Assembly (NCBI GenBank): GCA_045566995.1
Contig: JBJLDU010000009.1
Location: 50,019-114,018, forward strand
DNA length: 64,000 nt
Reading direction: 5' to 3'
DNA from: Candidatus Pelagibacter sp.
GTDB lineage: Bacteria > Pseudomonadota > Alphaproteobacteria > Pelagibacterales > Pelagibacteraceae
This document shows, piece after piece, positions 18,133 through 28,242 of this stretch (within the stretch, counting starts at the first letter, position 1; each line of letters opens with the position of its first letter). The position numbers were made by a program, and so were the translations under genes. The notes under the pieces are model-generated. The model searched no databases, had not been told where the DNA came from, and worked only from the letters and a program-made list of their open reading frames with translations.

Positions 18133-19266
18133 ATGAATTCGATTTCTAAAATCGCAAAAAACAGCACTTATTTACAAATTACTTGGAATGATGGTGAAGA
18201 AAGTAAATTTAATTACATGTGGTTAAGAGACAATTGTCCTACAGCACATGATAAAGATTCAAGACATAGAATGTTTAACATCTTAGAGGTATCAAAAGAA
18301 ATAAATCCCAAAAAATATTCTTTAAATGGCGATGGCAAATTAGAAATAGAGTGGAGTGAGGGTGACCACACAAGTTATTATGATCCTAAGTGGTTGAGAG
18401 ATAATTGTTATACTATTAAAAATAAACAAGAATATGTTTCACCATATCAACTTTGGGATAATAACTTAGAAAAAGATTTTGAATCTATATGTATTGAGCA
18501 CGATGAAGTGATAGACTCTGATGAAGGACTGATAAAATGGTTAGAGCTATTGCACCACAAAGGTATAGCAATAGTTAAAAATTCACCAACAGAAAAAAAA
18601 TCAGGTTTTGAAATTCTTCATAGAATAAGTCATGTAAGGGAAACCTTTTTTAAAACCCCCTTTGAAGTAATCAATATTCCAAAACCAAATAATTCCGCTT
18701 ACACAGCTCATGCATTAAGAAACCACATGGATTTACCTTGGTTTGAATTACCACCTGGTTATCAGTTTTTACACTGTTTGGTAAATGATGCAAAGGGTGG
18801 AGACTCCTCTGCAATAGATGGCTTTGCTGTTGCTGATTATTTGAGGAAAAATGAAAAAGAAATTTTTGAAACATTAATCTCTGTGCCACTAAAGTTTAGA
18901 GATAAAGATTATACTCAAGAATCTCACCGAAGCTTTCACGCCCCAGCAATTAGTTTAACAAAAGATAAAGATTTTCATGATATTAGGTTTAGTGTAGCAA
19001 CAATGGATGCTCTAGACTGTCATCCTGACAAAATGCACCAAGTTTATAAAGCTCATCACAGATTTGGCAATCTTTTACATGATGACAAATTTCAAATTAA
19101 ATTCCGACTAGGACCAGGAGACATATTTTCTTTTAATAATAGACGTGTTTTGCATGGCAGAACAGCTTTTGATCCAAATTCAGGTCATCGTCATCTTCAA
19201 GGCTATTATTTAGATAGAGATGAGATAATTGGCAGATTAGAATATCTAAAACAATATAAATCTTAA
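18133..19266 (+). CDS. Gamma-butyrobetaine dioxygenase (BBOX)-like Fe(II)/2OG enzyme
   Basis: GBBH-like N-terminal domain (WLRDNC), AYT...HMDLP (HxD), PGYQFLHCL, NRRVLHGRTAF, RHLQGYY. Confidence 0.82.
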   Translation: MNSISKIAKNSTYLQITWNDGEESKFNYMWLRDNCPTAHDKDSRHRMFNILEVSKEINPKKYSLNGDGKLEIEWSEGDHTSYYDPKWLRDNCYTIKNKQEYVSPYQLWDNNLEKDFESICIEHDEVIDSDEGLIKWLELLHHKGIAIVKNSPTEKKSGFEILHRISHVRETFFKTPFEVINIPKPNNSAYTAHALRNHMDLPWFELPPGYQFLHCLVNDAKGGDSSAIDGFAVADYLRKNEKEIFETLISVPLKFRDKDYTQESHRSFHAPAISLTKDKDFHDIRFSVATMDALDCHPDKMHQVYKAHHRFGNLLHDDKFQIKFRLGPGDIFSFNNRRVLHGRTAFDPNSGHRHLQGYYLDRDEIIGRLEYLKQYKS

Positions 19267-19351
19267 ATTTTTTTAAGGATGCTCTAAAAAGATTTTAGAC
19301 AGTTTTCTTTTTAATTCTTATTAACAATTCCTCTATGAATTATATGCATGT

Positions 19352-19383
19352 AAAAAAAAAGGGCTCTGTTTTCACAAAGCCCT
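19352..19383 (-). terminator. Rho-independent terminator after the betaine-family binding protein gene
   Basis: Minus strand GGGCUUUGU-GAAA-ACAGAGCCC followed by U9. Confidence 0.85.
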
Positions 19384-19407
19384 TAATTATTTTTTAAAGT
19401 TTAATTT

Positions 19408-20418
19408 TTAGTTAGGTAACCAACTTTTCCACTTATCTGGATTGTTGTCTAACCATTCATTCACAACTTCTTTTACATCTCTTTTTTTGATGTCAACTTC
19501 AACAAGCATCTTAGCTTGATCTAAGTTGTCTAATTTCATTCTTTCAAAAAAAGCTTTTGCTTTAGCATGTTCTGGTTTTGCAAATGTATCAGGATTTCCA
19601 TAGTTCATAGTATAATCTTTATCCCAACCAGTTGCTGGCCATCCGTCTGTACCACAAGTCTTCCAGTTGTTTGCTTCAGTAAATGTATCTCCTGCACAAG
19701 TTTTGTAGTCAGGAAGACCTACTCCTACCATATCAAACTCACCAAAGAACCAGTGTGGTGACCATAGGTATAATAAGAATGGCTCTTTTCTCATATAAGC
19801 AGCTTTAGCTTCTGCAACAGCAGCAGCCTCTGTTCCTAGTTCATCTGCTTGAAAGTCGATTCCTAAAAGATCTAATCTTTTTTGGTCATGACAGTTCCAA
19901 CCAGCTACAGGACATCCAATTAATCTTCCTTTACCACCTGTTTCAATAGTAGCAAATTCTTTTTTATATTTGTTTAAATCTCTCCAAGATTTAATTCCAA
20001 ATTTTTCAGCTGCATATCTTGGGATCCAGTAATCAGACATACCGATAATTCCAGTTGTTCCTAAAAGATCAACTGTTCCATCTCCCTTGTATGATTTTAC
20101 AACTTTACCATCATAGATTAAATCTTCGTTAAACATCACGTCATCTGCTTCTGCATAACTCGGCCAGCTTTCGCAAGCAAAATCAAGTTCACCAGCAGCA
20201 ATTGCTTCCCATAATCCAGTTCCTGAAGGGAATACTGTTTGTTTAACTTTGTAGCCCATTTCTCTTTCAAGAATTCCTACTGCAACTTCACAAGTAATAA
20301 TTCCACCTGTCCAGTCTGCAATAGCAGCATGTAATCTTTTTGCATTTGCCTGAGTAAGACTAGCAAATAAAATTACGAAAGATAAAAATAGAGCTGATAT
20401 TGTTTTTGATAATCTCAT
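19408..20418 (-). CDS. Glycine betaine/ProX (OpuAC)-family ABC substrate-binding protein
   Basis: Signal peptide, DWTG, ESW, GKGRLIGCP..GW, YLWSPHW, C-terminal WLDNNPDKWKSWL. Confidence 0.85.
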   Translation of the reverse strand: MRLSKTISALFLSFVILFASLTQANAKRLHAAIADWTGGIITCEVAVGILEREMGYKVKQTVFPSGTGLWEAIAAGELDFACESWPSYAEADDVMFNEDLIYDGKVVKSYKGDGTVDLLGTTGIIGMSDYWIPRYAAEKFGIKSWRDLNKYKKEFATIETGGKGRLIGCPVAGWNCHDQKRLDLLGIDFQADELGTEAAAVAEAKAAYMRKEPFLLYLWSPHWFFGEFDMVGVGLPDYKTCAGDTFTEANNWKTCGTDGWPATGWDKDYTMNYGNPDTFAKPEHAKAKAFFERMKLDNLDQAKMLVEVDIKKRDVKEVVNEWLDNNPDKWKSWLPN

Positions 20419-20508
20419 TTATTTCCTCTCATTTAATTAATTAAAGATATATTTTAAAACAAAAAGTAGTCGTTTGTAAACTGAGAAAAATGTATCTTTT
20501 GCTTGATT

Positions 20509-22626
20509 TTATAAACCCAAGGCTTCTCTTTGTTTTTTTGTCCAAGCGAGTGATATTCTGTCTATAATTATTGCTAATAATACTATTCCTATCCCTGCCG
20601 CCAGACCTCTACCAGTATCTGATCTTGCTAATCCATTAAACACTTCCAAACCTAGCCCCTTTCCACCAATCAAAGGTGTAACAATTTGCATAGCAAAAGC
20701 CATAATTACAGTTTGATTAAATCCAATCACTAAACTTGGAACCGCTAATGGGAATTTAATTTTATTTAAAGTTTGCAATAAAGTACCACCAAATGAACGT
20801 GAAACTTCTGAGTAGGTTCCAGATACTTGAGTTAAGCCTAAAGAAGTTAATCTAATAATAGGTGGTATGGAGTATATAACGGTTGCTAATATAGCTGAAA
20901 CAACACCTCCTCCAAAAAACATTAATACAGGAATTAAATAACAGAAGTAAGGCAATGTTTGCATAGCATCTAAAACCACATTTTGAATATTTCTAAATCT
21001 TTCATTGTAAGAAGCAATTATTCCGAGAGGAACTCCAATGATAAAACATAAAGCTACAGAAACTAAAACAGATGATAGTGTTATCATTGATTGAGGCCAT
21101 ATCCCACAAGCACCGATAAACAGTAATAACAAAGCAGTGATAATTGCAAATCTAATACCAACAGTGAAATATCCAATCGCAGAGAATACACCTAAAGTAT
21201 ACCACCATGGTACGTGAGTTAAAAATATGTCAAGCGGGCGCAAAAGCTTAAGATAAACAAATCCTCTTAGAGCCTTAGTAAATGCAATAAAGCCAGGATT
21301 TACTGTTAATGAATCTACAGCACTAGAAATTGGTTGTCTAATTGACAATCTCCATTCTTCAGGAAAAGAACCTATGCTAATCATGTAAGAGTCAATGAAA
21401 GAAATAGCCAGAACAAGTAAAAATGAAGGTATGATATAATATCTTCTTGTTATAGCTTCACCTATATCTCTTCCAGTATTTTTATTTGATAATGAAATAC
21501 AAAATTCAAATACATAAGCAATTGATCTCGTTAAATTAATACAGACAAAATTTGTTAATCCACTTAAAAATTCTAAAGGTTTTTCTATAAGTCTTGCAAT
21601 TAAATATTTTTCCCAAGATTGAGGGAGTAAATAAAATCTTTGAACATTAGAAGGTAGAGACTGCTCTGTTTTACTGAAAGACATACTAAATCTGTCAAAC
21701 ATTATTGCCATAAAAAGAATACAAAGTCCTCCTTCCATTGCCCATCCGACATCAAGTCTTCGAATTGCTTGCCACACTTGACCACCAATTCCTTCAGCTC
21801 CGATAAAACATGCAAGAACCACAAGTGCCAATGCCATCATTATAACTTGGTTAATACCCATCATTATACTTGGTAAAGAAAGTGGAATTTTAATTTTAAA
21901 TAAAAGTTGTAATTTACTTGAGCCAAATGACGTTGCAGACTCTATTGTCTCCGCCGAAACTTGTCTAATTCCTGTATTTGTTAGTCTAATTATTGGGGGC
22001 ATGGAATAAATCATAGTAGCTAATATTGCAGGCGCTCCTCCAATACCAAAAAAGAATAGAGCAGGAAATAGATAAACAAAAGCTGGCATCACTTGCATTG
22101 TATCTAAAATAGGTTTCATAAAATTTTCAAATCGATCACTCTGAGAGCACATAACTCCCAAGGTTACACCCACAACTACACACATTAATACAGACAAACC
22201 CATCAGTGCCACAGTTTGAAGAGATGGTTCCCACATACCTGTTGCACCCCAAAAATAAATTACAAATAAAGAATACAGACCCAATCTTAAGCCACCTGCA
22301 ATTAAACAAGGTAAAAATATTAATGCTGCAATTAAAAGCCAAGGGGAGTCTAGAAGAAAGTCTTCAACAAAGTAATAAATATTTTTTATATAACTAGCTA
22401 TTATTTTTGTAATCCATCTATAATTTTTTTTTAAATAATCCTCACCTTCATTAACCCATGCCGTAAATGTAAATTGATCAGTTACAACTTTCGGCATTTT
22501 TGAAGGACCTTCACTTTGAAAAGATAACCATAAAGCAACTAAAAAAGTTAATAGAACTAAAGAATATGTAATTATATTCTTAGATGAAATTGGTTTACTT
22601 TGAATACTTGAGACTTCAGATGACAT
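20509..22626 (-). CDS. Fused double ProW-type ABC permease
   Basis: Two ProW repeats (PILDTMQVMPAFVYL / VVLDAMQTLPYFCYL; PPIIRLT occurs twice); 705 aa. Confidence 0.9.
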   Translation of the reverse strand: MSSEVSSIQSKPISSKNIITYSLVLLTFLVALWLSFQSEGPSKMPKVVTDQFTFTAWVNEGEDYLKKNYRWITKIIASYIKNIYYFVEDFLLDSPWLLIAALIFLPCLIAGGLRLGLYSLFVIYFWGATGMWEPSLQTVALMGLSVLMCVVVGVTLGVMCSQSDRFENFMKPILDTMQVMPAFVYLFPALFFFGIGGAPAILATMIYSMPPIIRLTNTGIRQVSAETIESATSFGSSKLQLLFKIKIPLSLPSIMMGINQVIMMALALVVLACFIGAEGIGGQVWQAIRRLDVGWAMEGGLCILFMAIMFDRFSMSFSKTEQSLPSNVQRFYLLPQSWEKYLIARLIEKPLEFLSGLTNFVCINLTRSIAYVFEFCISLSNKNTGRDIGEAITRRYYIIPSFLLVLAISFIDSYMISIGSFPEEWRLSIRQPISSAVDSLTVNPGFIAFTKALRGFVYLKLLRPLDIFLTHVPWWYTLGVFSAIGYFTVGIRFAIITALLLLFIGACGIWPQSMITLSSVLVSVALCFIIGVPLGIIASYNERFRNIQNVVLDAMQTLPYFCYLIPVLMFFGGGVVSAILATVIYSIPPIIRLTSLGLTQVSGTYSEVSRSFGGTLLQTLNKIKFPLAVPSLVIGFNQTVIMAFAMQIVTPLIGGKGLGLEVFNGLARSDTGRGLAAGIGIVLLAIIIDRISLAWTKKQREALGL

Positions 22627-22707
22627 AATTTATCAAAATTTTAAAATAAATAATTTTACTTTTAAAGGAAAATATTGTCTATTTTTATGTTATTAAAATA
22701 ACAAAAT

Positions 22708-23754
22708 ATGAGCAATCAAGCAAAAATAACTTGTACTAATGTCTGGAAATTATTTGGTCCAGACGAAAAAAGAATTATTAAAGATTTGGATAAAAATTTA
22801 TCAATAAAAGAAGTCCAAGAAAAAACTGGACATGTTGTTGCCGTTAAAGATGTAAGCTTTTCAATTGAGAAAGGTGAGACATTCGTTGTAATGGGTTTAT
22901 CTGGAAGTGGAAAATCAACTTTAGTTAGATGTATATCAAGATTAATTGAGCCAACTTCTGGTACGGTTAAAATGGATGATGTTGATGTAACAAAAATGAA
23001 TGGAAGAGATCTTTTAGATTTAAGAAGAAATAAAATGAGTATGGTTTTCCAACACTTTGGATTATTCCCACATAGAACAGTAGTTGAAAATATTGGTTAT
23101 GGATTAGAGATTAGAGGTAACAAAAAAAATGATCGAATAGAAAAATCAATGGACGTTTTAAAAATGGTAGGCTTGGAAGGTTGGCACAATAATTATCCAA
23201 GAGAACTTTCTGGTGGTATGCAACAAAGAGTTGGACTAGCAAGGGCACTTGCAGTTGATCCAGAAATCTTAATTTTTGATGAACCTTTTTCTGCACTTGA
23301 CCCACTAATTAGAAGAGAAATGCAGGATGAATTGTTAAAAATTCAAGAAAAACTTCAAAAGACAATGGTTTTTATTACGCACGATTTCTTAGAAGCCATA
23401 AAGATGGGAGATCATATTGCTATTATGAAAGATGGAGAGGTTTCACAAGTTGGTACTCCAGAGGAAATTGTTGCAAATCCTAAAGATCAATATGTAAAAG
23501 ATTTCTGTGAAGATGTTCCAAAATATAAAGTATTAAGTGCAAGCAAGGTAATGAGAGAAGAGTGTTGTGATGATACAAAAAAATTGTTTGAAGATGGATC
23601 TAATAATATTCCACATGACTCAAAAATTGAGACATTGATTGATAAACTAGTTGATACAGATCAGAAATTTCCAGTTGTAGATGCAGATACAGGAAAATTG
23701 ATTGGTGAAATTGATAGAGCAATAGTTATGAAGTCAATGAAGTCTGCTAATTAA
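22708..23754 (+). CDS. Second ProV-type ABC ATP-binding protein
   Basis: [41 protein letters not shown]; CBS-like tail. Confidence 0.92.
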   Translation: MSNQAKITCTNVWKLFGPDEKRIIKDLDKNLSIKEVQEKTGHVVAVKDVSFSIEKGETFVVMGLSGSGKSTLVRCISRLIEPTSGTVKMDDVDVTKMNGRDLLDLRRNKMSMVFQHFGLFPHRTVVENIGYGLEIRGNKKNDRIEKSMDVLKMVGLEGWHNNYPRELSGGMQQRVGLARALAVDPEILIFDEPFSALDPLIRREMQDELLKIQEKLQKTMVFITHDFLEAIKMGDHIAIMKDGEVSQVGTPEEIVANPKDQYVKDFCEDVPKYKVLSASKVMREECCDDTKKLFEDGSNNIPHDSKIETLIDKLVDTDQKFPVVDADTGKLIGEIDRAIVMKSMKSAN

Positions 23755-24679
23755 TCTCTCTACTTACCTTAGTACTTTTTTGTTTAACCTTATCTCTCCA
23801 AATAATTATCATTCCTGCAAACACAATCACAAAAACTCCAGGAAATAATTGTTCCCAAGGTGCCTCATTAAAAAACCACCAACCTAAAACAAAAGATGAT
23901 GGGATACCAAAATATTCAAAAGATGCCATCTTGCTTGCAGAAATTAATCTATAAGCATAAATGAAAAGTATTGCAGCAGTCCCACCTAGTATTCCAGTCA
24001 ATACCATTAACAGAAAGTCTTGAGTACTTTTAATATCTGTATGTCCAGTGGTTGTTAAAAATAATATTACTCCACCAATTACATTAAAGATTAAAGTATA
24101 AAGTTGTATTTTTGCCGTTGAGTGCCCATCAGGTATAAATTTTAAAATTATAACTGTAAAAGCCCAAGCAATTGCAGTTAATATTGGAAATATTGAATAA
24201 AAACTAAATATGTCGCTTCCTGGCTGAACAATTAAAACAACTCCAAAAAATCCAATAAATATTGCTGACCATCTATAAATACCCACTTTATCATTTAAAA
24301 AAATTATTGATAAAATTACTATGAAAAATGGTGACGAAAATGTAAGAACCATTGCAGTTGCAAATTCAAGGTTAATTACTGAAATAAATATGAAGATATT
24401 CATAGACAAGAAAGCAAGTCCTCTTAAAAAGCTTAAAATTATAAATTTGTTGTTTAAATTTTTGAAAATTGAGAAATACTCTCTTGTAAATAGAATTAGA
24501 ATAAAAAGAGGAATAACACCTGCAATATTTCTAAAAACAGCAAGCTGAATTACCGAATACTCATCTCCTAAAAACTTAATTACAACCATATACATGTCTA
24601 CGCATAGAATTGCTAAGAGCATTGTAACTATTGCCAGATAAGTATTTTTTAAATCTGTTTTTTCGGACGAAATATTCAT
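23747..24679 (-). CDS. DMT/EamA family transporter
   Basis: 10-TM pattern; FLNDKVGIYRW, ASFEY. Confidence 0.85.
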   Translation of the reverse strand: MNISSEKTDLKNTYLAIVTMLLAILCVDMYMVVIKFLGDEYSVIQLAVFRNIAGVIPLFILILFTREYFSIFKNLNNKFIILSFLRGLAFLSMNIFIFISVINLEFATAMVLTFSSPFFIVILSIIFLNDKVGIYRWSAIFIGFFGVVLIVQPGSDIFSFYSIFPILTAIAWAFTVIILKFIPDGHSTAKIQLYTLIFNVIGGVILFLTTTGHTDIKSTQDFLLMVLTGILGGTAAILFIYAYRLISASKMASFEYFGIPSSFVLGWWFFNEAPWEQLFPGVFVIVFAGMIIIWRDKVKQKSTKVSREIN

Positions 24680-24715
24680 TTATAATTTTTTAAAATTGTA
24701 TACTTTATCTAGGAT

Positions 24716-25906
24716 ATGCAAAGTTTTAAACTTAATGAAACTGATATTCTATCCAATCAAGACTGGACATTTCCTACTAACATTGCTTATGGTCCTGGTA
24801 GATTAAAAGAAATAGGAAGTATCTGTAATAATTTAGATATTAAAAATCCGTTGATAGTTACAGACAAAGGAAGTCCAAAATTACCATTTATTTTAAATTT
24901 ACAAAGCTATCTAAATAGCTCAAATATAAAATCAGATTTATTTTTTGATATATCTCCAAATCCTCGAGAAGACGAGGTTTCAAATGGAGTAAAAAAATTT
25001 AAAGACGGTAATCACGACTCTATAATTGCAATAGGCGGAGGTAGTGCAATGGATGGTGGTAAATTGATATGCCTTACAGCAAATAATGATGTACCACTTA
25101 GAAATTTTGAATTTGAATTAACTCCTCCTATAATTAGTAAAGATAATCCTTTTCCAAAAATTATAACCATTCCTACTACTGCAGGTACTGGTGCTGAAAC
25201 AGAAATCACAGCTATGGTTACTTATTTAAAAGAAGGTATGAAATTTTGTATGTGGCATCCAGATGTTAGACCGTCCTTAGCATTGTTAGATCCAGAACTT
25301 ACAATTGGATTGCCAGCAAACCTAACTGCGTGGACAGGTGCAGATGCTTTAATCCATGGCATAGAAGGTTATTGTGTTCCTGGTTTTAATCCAATGTGTG
25401 ATGGTGCTGCTTTAGAAGGTTTATCTTTGATATCAAAATCTTTAGTCACAGCTGTAGAAGATCCTAGCAACATAGTTGCCAGAGGTGGAATGCATGTTGG
25501 ATCATGTTTAGCAGGAATTTCTTTTTTAAAAGGTTTAGGATTAGTACATGCTATTGCTCATATGGTTGGAGCTGAATACAATACTCATCACGGGCTAACC
25601 AATGCAATAATATTGCCTGTAGTTCTAAAATATAATCTTCCAGGCATGGAAGAAAAAGTTAAAAGAATGTCAGAGGCTATGCAATTTGAAGATCATTCTG
25701 TAGAAGCATTTATATCAAACATTGAAAACCTTCTTGATAGAATTAAAATTCCAAAAAGTCTAAGTGAAATTGGTGTGCCCGAAGATTGTGTTGATAGAAT
25801 CGCAGAAAAATCAATGAAAGATCAGGCCTTTGCAACAAATCCAAGAATAGCAACTTTAGAAGAAACAAAGGAAATTACTCTAGCATCTATAAAAAAAGCT
25901 AGGTAA
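24716..25906 (+). CDS. Iron-containing alcohol dehydrogenase
   Basis: GGGSAMD, PTTAGTGAE, DALIH, GLVHAIAH, HHGLTN. Confidence 0.9.
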   Translation: MQSFKLNETDILSNQDWTFPTNIAYGPGRLKEIGSICNNLDIKNPLIVTDKGSPKLPFILNLQSYLNSSNIKSDLFFDISPNPREDEVSNGVKKFKDGNHDSIIAIGGGSAMDGGKLICLTANNDVPLRNFEFELTPPIISKDNPFPKIITIPTTAGTGAETEITAMVTYLKEGMKFCMWHPDVRPSLALLDPELTIGLPANLTAWTGADALIHGIEGYCVPGFNPMCDGAALEGLSLISKSLVTAVEDPSNIVARGGMHVGSCLAGISFLKGLGLVHAIAHMVGAEYNTHHGLTNAIILPVVLKYNLPGMEEKVKRMSEAMQFEDHSVEAFISNIENLLDRIKIPKSLSEIGVPEDCVDRIAEKSMKDQAFATNPRIATLEETKEITLASIKKAR

Positions 25907-25918
25907 TAATAAATTCTA

Positions 25919-27349
25919 ATGCTTGAAAATAGATCAGTAAAAGAAATTATTTCTTTAATTCATAAAAAAGAGATTTCAGTAAGAGAAGTTGTTAGCTTTT
26001 ACTTAGAAAGAATTAAAAAATACAACCCTTCTCTAAATGCTATTGTCTCAATAAAAGATGAAGAAGAGATAATAAATGAGGCTAATGATAAAGATAAAAA
26101 CTTTGATGCAAGTAAACCATTGTTTGGTCTTCCCTTAGCATCAAAAGATTTATTGGATGTAGTTGGTTTTCCAACTACTTGTGGTTTTCCTGGATATAAA
26201 GATAACTTTCCAAAAAAAAATTCTATAATCGTTGATCGTCAAATAGATGCTGGTGGAATCATGATTGGAAAAACAAATACAGCTGAATTAGGAGTTGGCG
26301 CACATACAGCAAACAGACTATTTGGAATAACGCCCAACATATATGGAAATACTCAATCATCAGGCGGATCAAGTGGTGGAGCTGGTGTAGCTGTTGCAGC
26401 AGAGCTACTACCGTTTGCAGATGGAACAGATATGATGGGCTCTTGCAGAACTCCTGCAGCCTATGCAAATGTTTATGGTTTCAGACCTACCCCAGGACTT
26501 CTGCCTGACCTTCGAACAAATGAAAAAAAAAAGAGTCTACCAATTATCTCAACGCCAGGATGTCTTGCAAGAACACCTGAAGATATGTCTATTCTTTTAG
26601 ATGTTATAGTTGGAGAACATAAAGAAGATTCAATTTCTTTTAGTTTAAATACTTCATTTAGAAATACTAATTTAAATGATCAAGAATTTTCAAAGATAAA
26701 AATTGGATGGTTATCTGATATGAATGGTAAATATCAATATGATCCTGAGTTAGTTGAAATATGTAGCAAACAATTAAATAATCTTGAAAAGCATAAAGTT
26801 TCAATTGAATATTTAAAACCAAAAATAGACGCCAATAAATTATGGAATTGCTGGGGTACATTGCGAGCCAAAAGTATTTATGAAGATATTAATGAGGAAA
26901 TTATTGCAATGAATATTAAAGATGTTAATGAAATGACGCCACAGGCGATATGGGAATACAAAAAAGGCATTAAGCTCACAGATGAAGATGTAAAATTAGC
27001 TCTTAATTCAAGAATTGAATTATCAAATGATGTAAATAGTTTATTTGGTAGCTTTGATTTTTTAGCTTTACCATCTCAACAATCATTCCCTTTTGATAAA
27101 AATTTAAGACACCCTGAAAAAATTAATGACCAAGTAATGGATACTTACCATAGATGGATTGAAATACATATATTTGCTAGTCTTTTTTACTTACCATCGA
27201 TTTCATTGCCAATTGGGTTTAATAAAGATGGATTTCCAATTGGTATTCAAATTATAGCTAAACATAAAGAAGATTTAAAAGTTATATCTTTTGCAAAAAG
27301 ATATGAGGAAATCTTTAATTTTTCTAATCACAAACCAAAACTAAATTAA
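25919..27349 (+). CDS. Amidase signature family enzyme
   Basis: Lys (SKDL), GKTN, GGSSGG, GTDMMGSCR catalytic triad. Confidence 0.9.
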   Translation: MLENRSVKEIISLIHKKEISVREVVSFYLERIKKYNPSLNAIVSIKDEEEIINEANDKDKNFDASKPLFGLPLASKDLLDVVGFPTTCGFPGYKDNFPKKNSIIVDRQIDAGGIMIGKTNTAELGVGAHTANRLFGITPNIYGNTQSSGGSSGGAGVAVAAELLPFADGTDMMGSCRTPAAYANVYGFRPTPGLLPDLRTNEKKKSLPIISTPGCLARTPEDMSILLDVIVGEHKEDSISFSLNTSFRNTNLNDQEFSKIKIGWLSDMNGKYQYDPELVEICSKQLNNLEKHKVSIEYLKPKIDANKLWNCWGTLRAKSIYEDINEEIIAMNIKDVNEMTPQAIWEYKKGIKLTDEDVKLALNSRIELSNDVNSLFGSFDFLALPSQQSFPFDKNLRHPEKINDQVMDTYHRWIEIHIFASLFYLPSISLPIGFNKDGFPIGIQIIAKHKEDLKVISFAKRYEEIFNFSNHKPKLN

Positions 27350-28242
27350 TGGTCAGACACAAACATCATTTTAAAATAGCTTTTGCATTAGCTATAGCTG
27401 CTGGGTCATGGGGAGTATATTGGCTTCCTCAAAGAATTTTAGAAGATGGCGGCTTAACTGGAGGTTGGGGAACTATTTCTCAAATGATGATAGGAATTAT
27501 ATTGCTTACACCTTTATCTTTATGGAGAAAATATAAAGGTCGAACATCAGGATTAGAAATTCCATTTATTGGTTTCTTAACTGGTAGTGGTTTTATTTGT
27601 TACGCTTTAAGTTTTTTATTAACAGATGTTGTCCGTGCATTGATTATGTTTTACATGATACCTATCTGGACCACCATATTTGAGATATATTTTTTAAAGA
27701 AAAGACCTGGTATAGAAAGAGTTTTAACTTTAAGTTTAGCGCTTGGAGGTTTGTGGGTTGTTTTTAGCCAATCTAATATCATACCATTACCACAAAATGC
27801 AGGTGATTGGTTGGCGTTAGTAGGAGGTGTGCTTTTTGGAGCCGGCTTAGTACGTTTAGAAATTACAAAAACAGATGGTGTTTTCCCAGTAATATTTTCA
27901 TTTTTTGTTTATGGAACAATATTTAATATTTTTGCTGGCTTTATTTTAAAAGATTATCTAGGACCAATGCCACCCATTGAGGCTTTTTCATCAATGTTTA
28001 CTTTTTTAGTTCTTATTTCAGTATTTTATTTTATTCCAACAGGGGTAGTTATCATGTGGTCACCCTCAGTTTTAGGAGCAGGTCTTTGCGCAATATTATA
28101 CTTAAGCGAAGTAGTTGTTGGAGTTATATCAGCAGGAATTTTAACAGATGAAACATTTGGTTGGCGAGAAGTTGTAGGTAGTGCAATGATTGTTTTAGGA
28201 GGAATTTTAGCAGTAGTGCTCGCCCCAAAAGATGAAAAATAA
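27349..28242 (+). CDS. DMT/EamA family transporter
   Basis: Hydrophobic 10-TM protein; WGVYWLP and SEVVVGVISA motifs. Confidence 0.8.
   Translation: MVRHKHHFKIAFALAIAAGSWGVYWLPQRILEDGGLTGGWGTISQMMIGIILLTPLSLWRKYKGRTSGLEIPFIGFLTGSGFICYALSFLLTDVVRALIMFYMIPIWTTIFEIYFLKKRPGIERVLTLSLALGGLWVVFSQSNIIPLPQNAGDWLALVGGVLFGAGLVRLEITKTDGVFPVIFSFFVYGTIFNIFAGFILKDYLGPMPPIEAFSSMFTFLVLISVFYFIPTGVVIMWSPSVLGAGLCAILYLSEVVVGVISAGILTDETFGWREVVGSAMIVLGGILAVVLAPKDEK

Noticed and set aside
18133-19266. TmpA/TmpB phosphonate-cleavage system
   Set aside because: No HD-domain TmpB partner is in the window, and the active-site segment (HMDLP...PGYQFLHCL) looks more BBOX-like.
19408-22626. TMAO transporter TmoXWV
   Set aside because: The fused permease is similar in layout, but the SBP lacks the TmoX N-terminal signature as I recall it, and no tmm/tdm genes are present.
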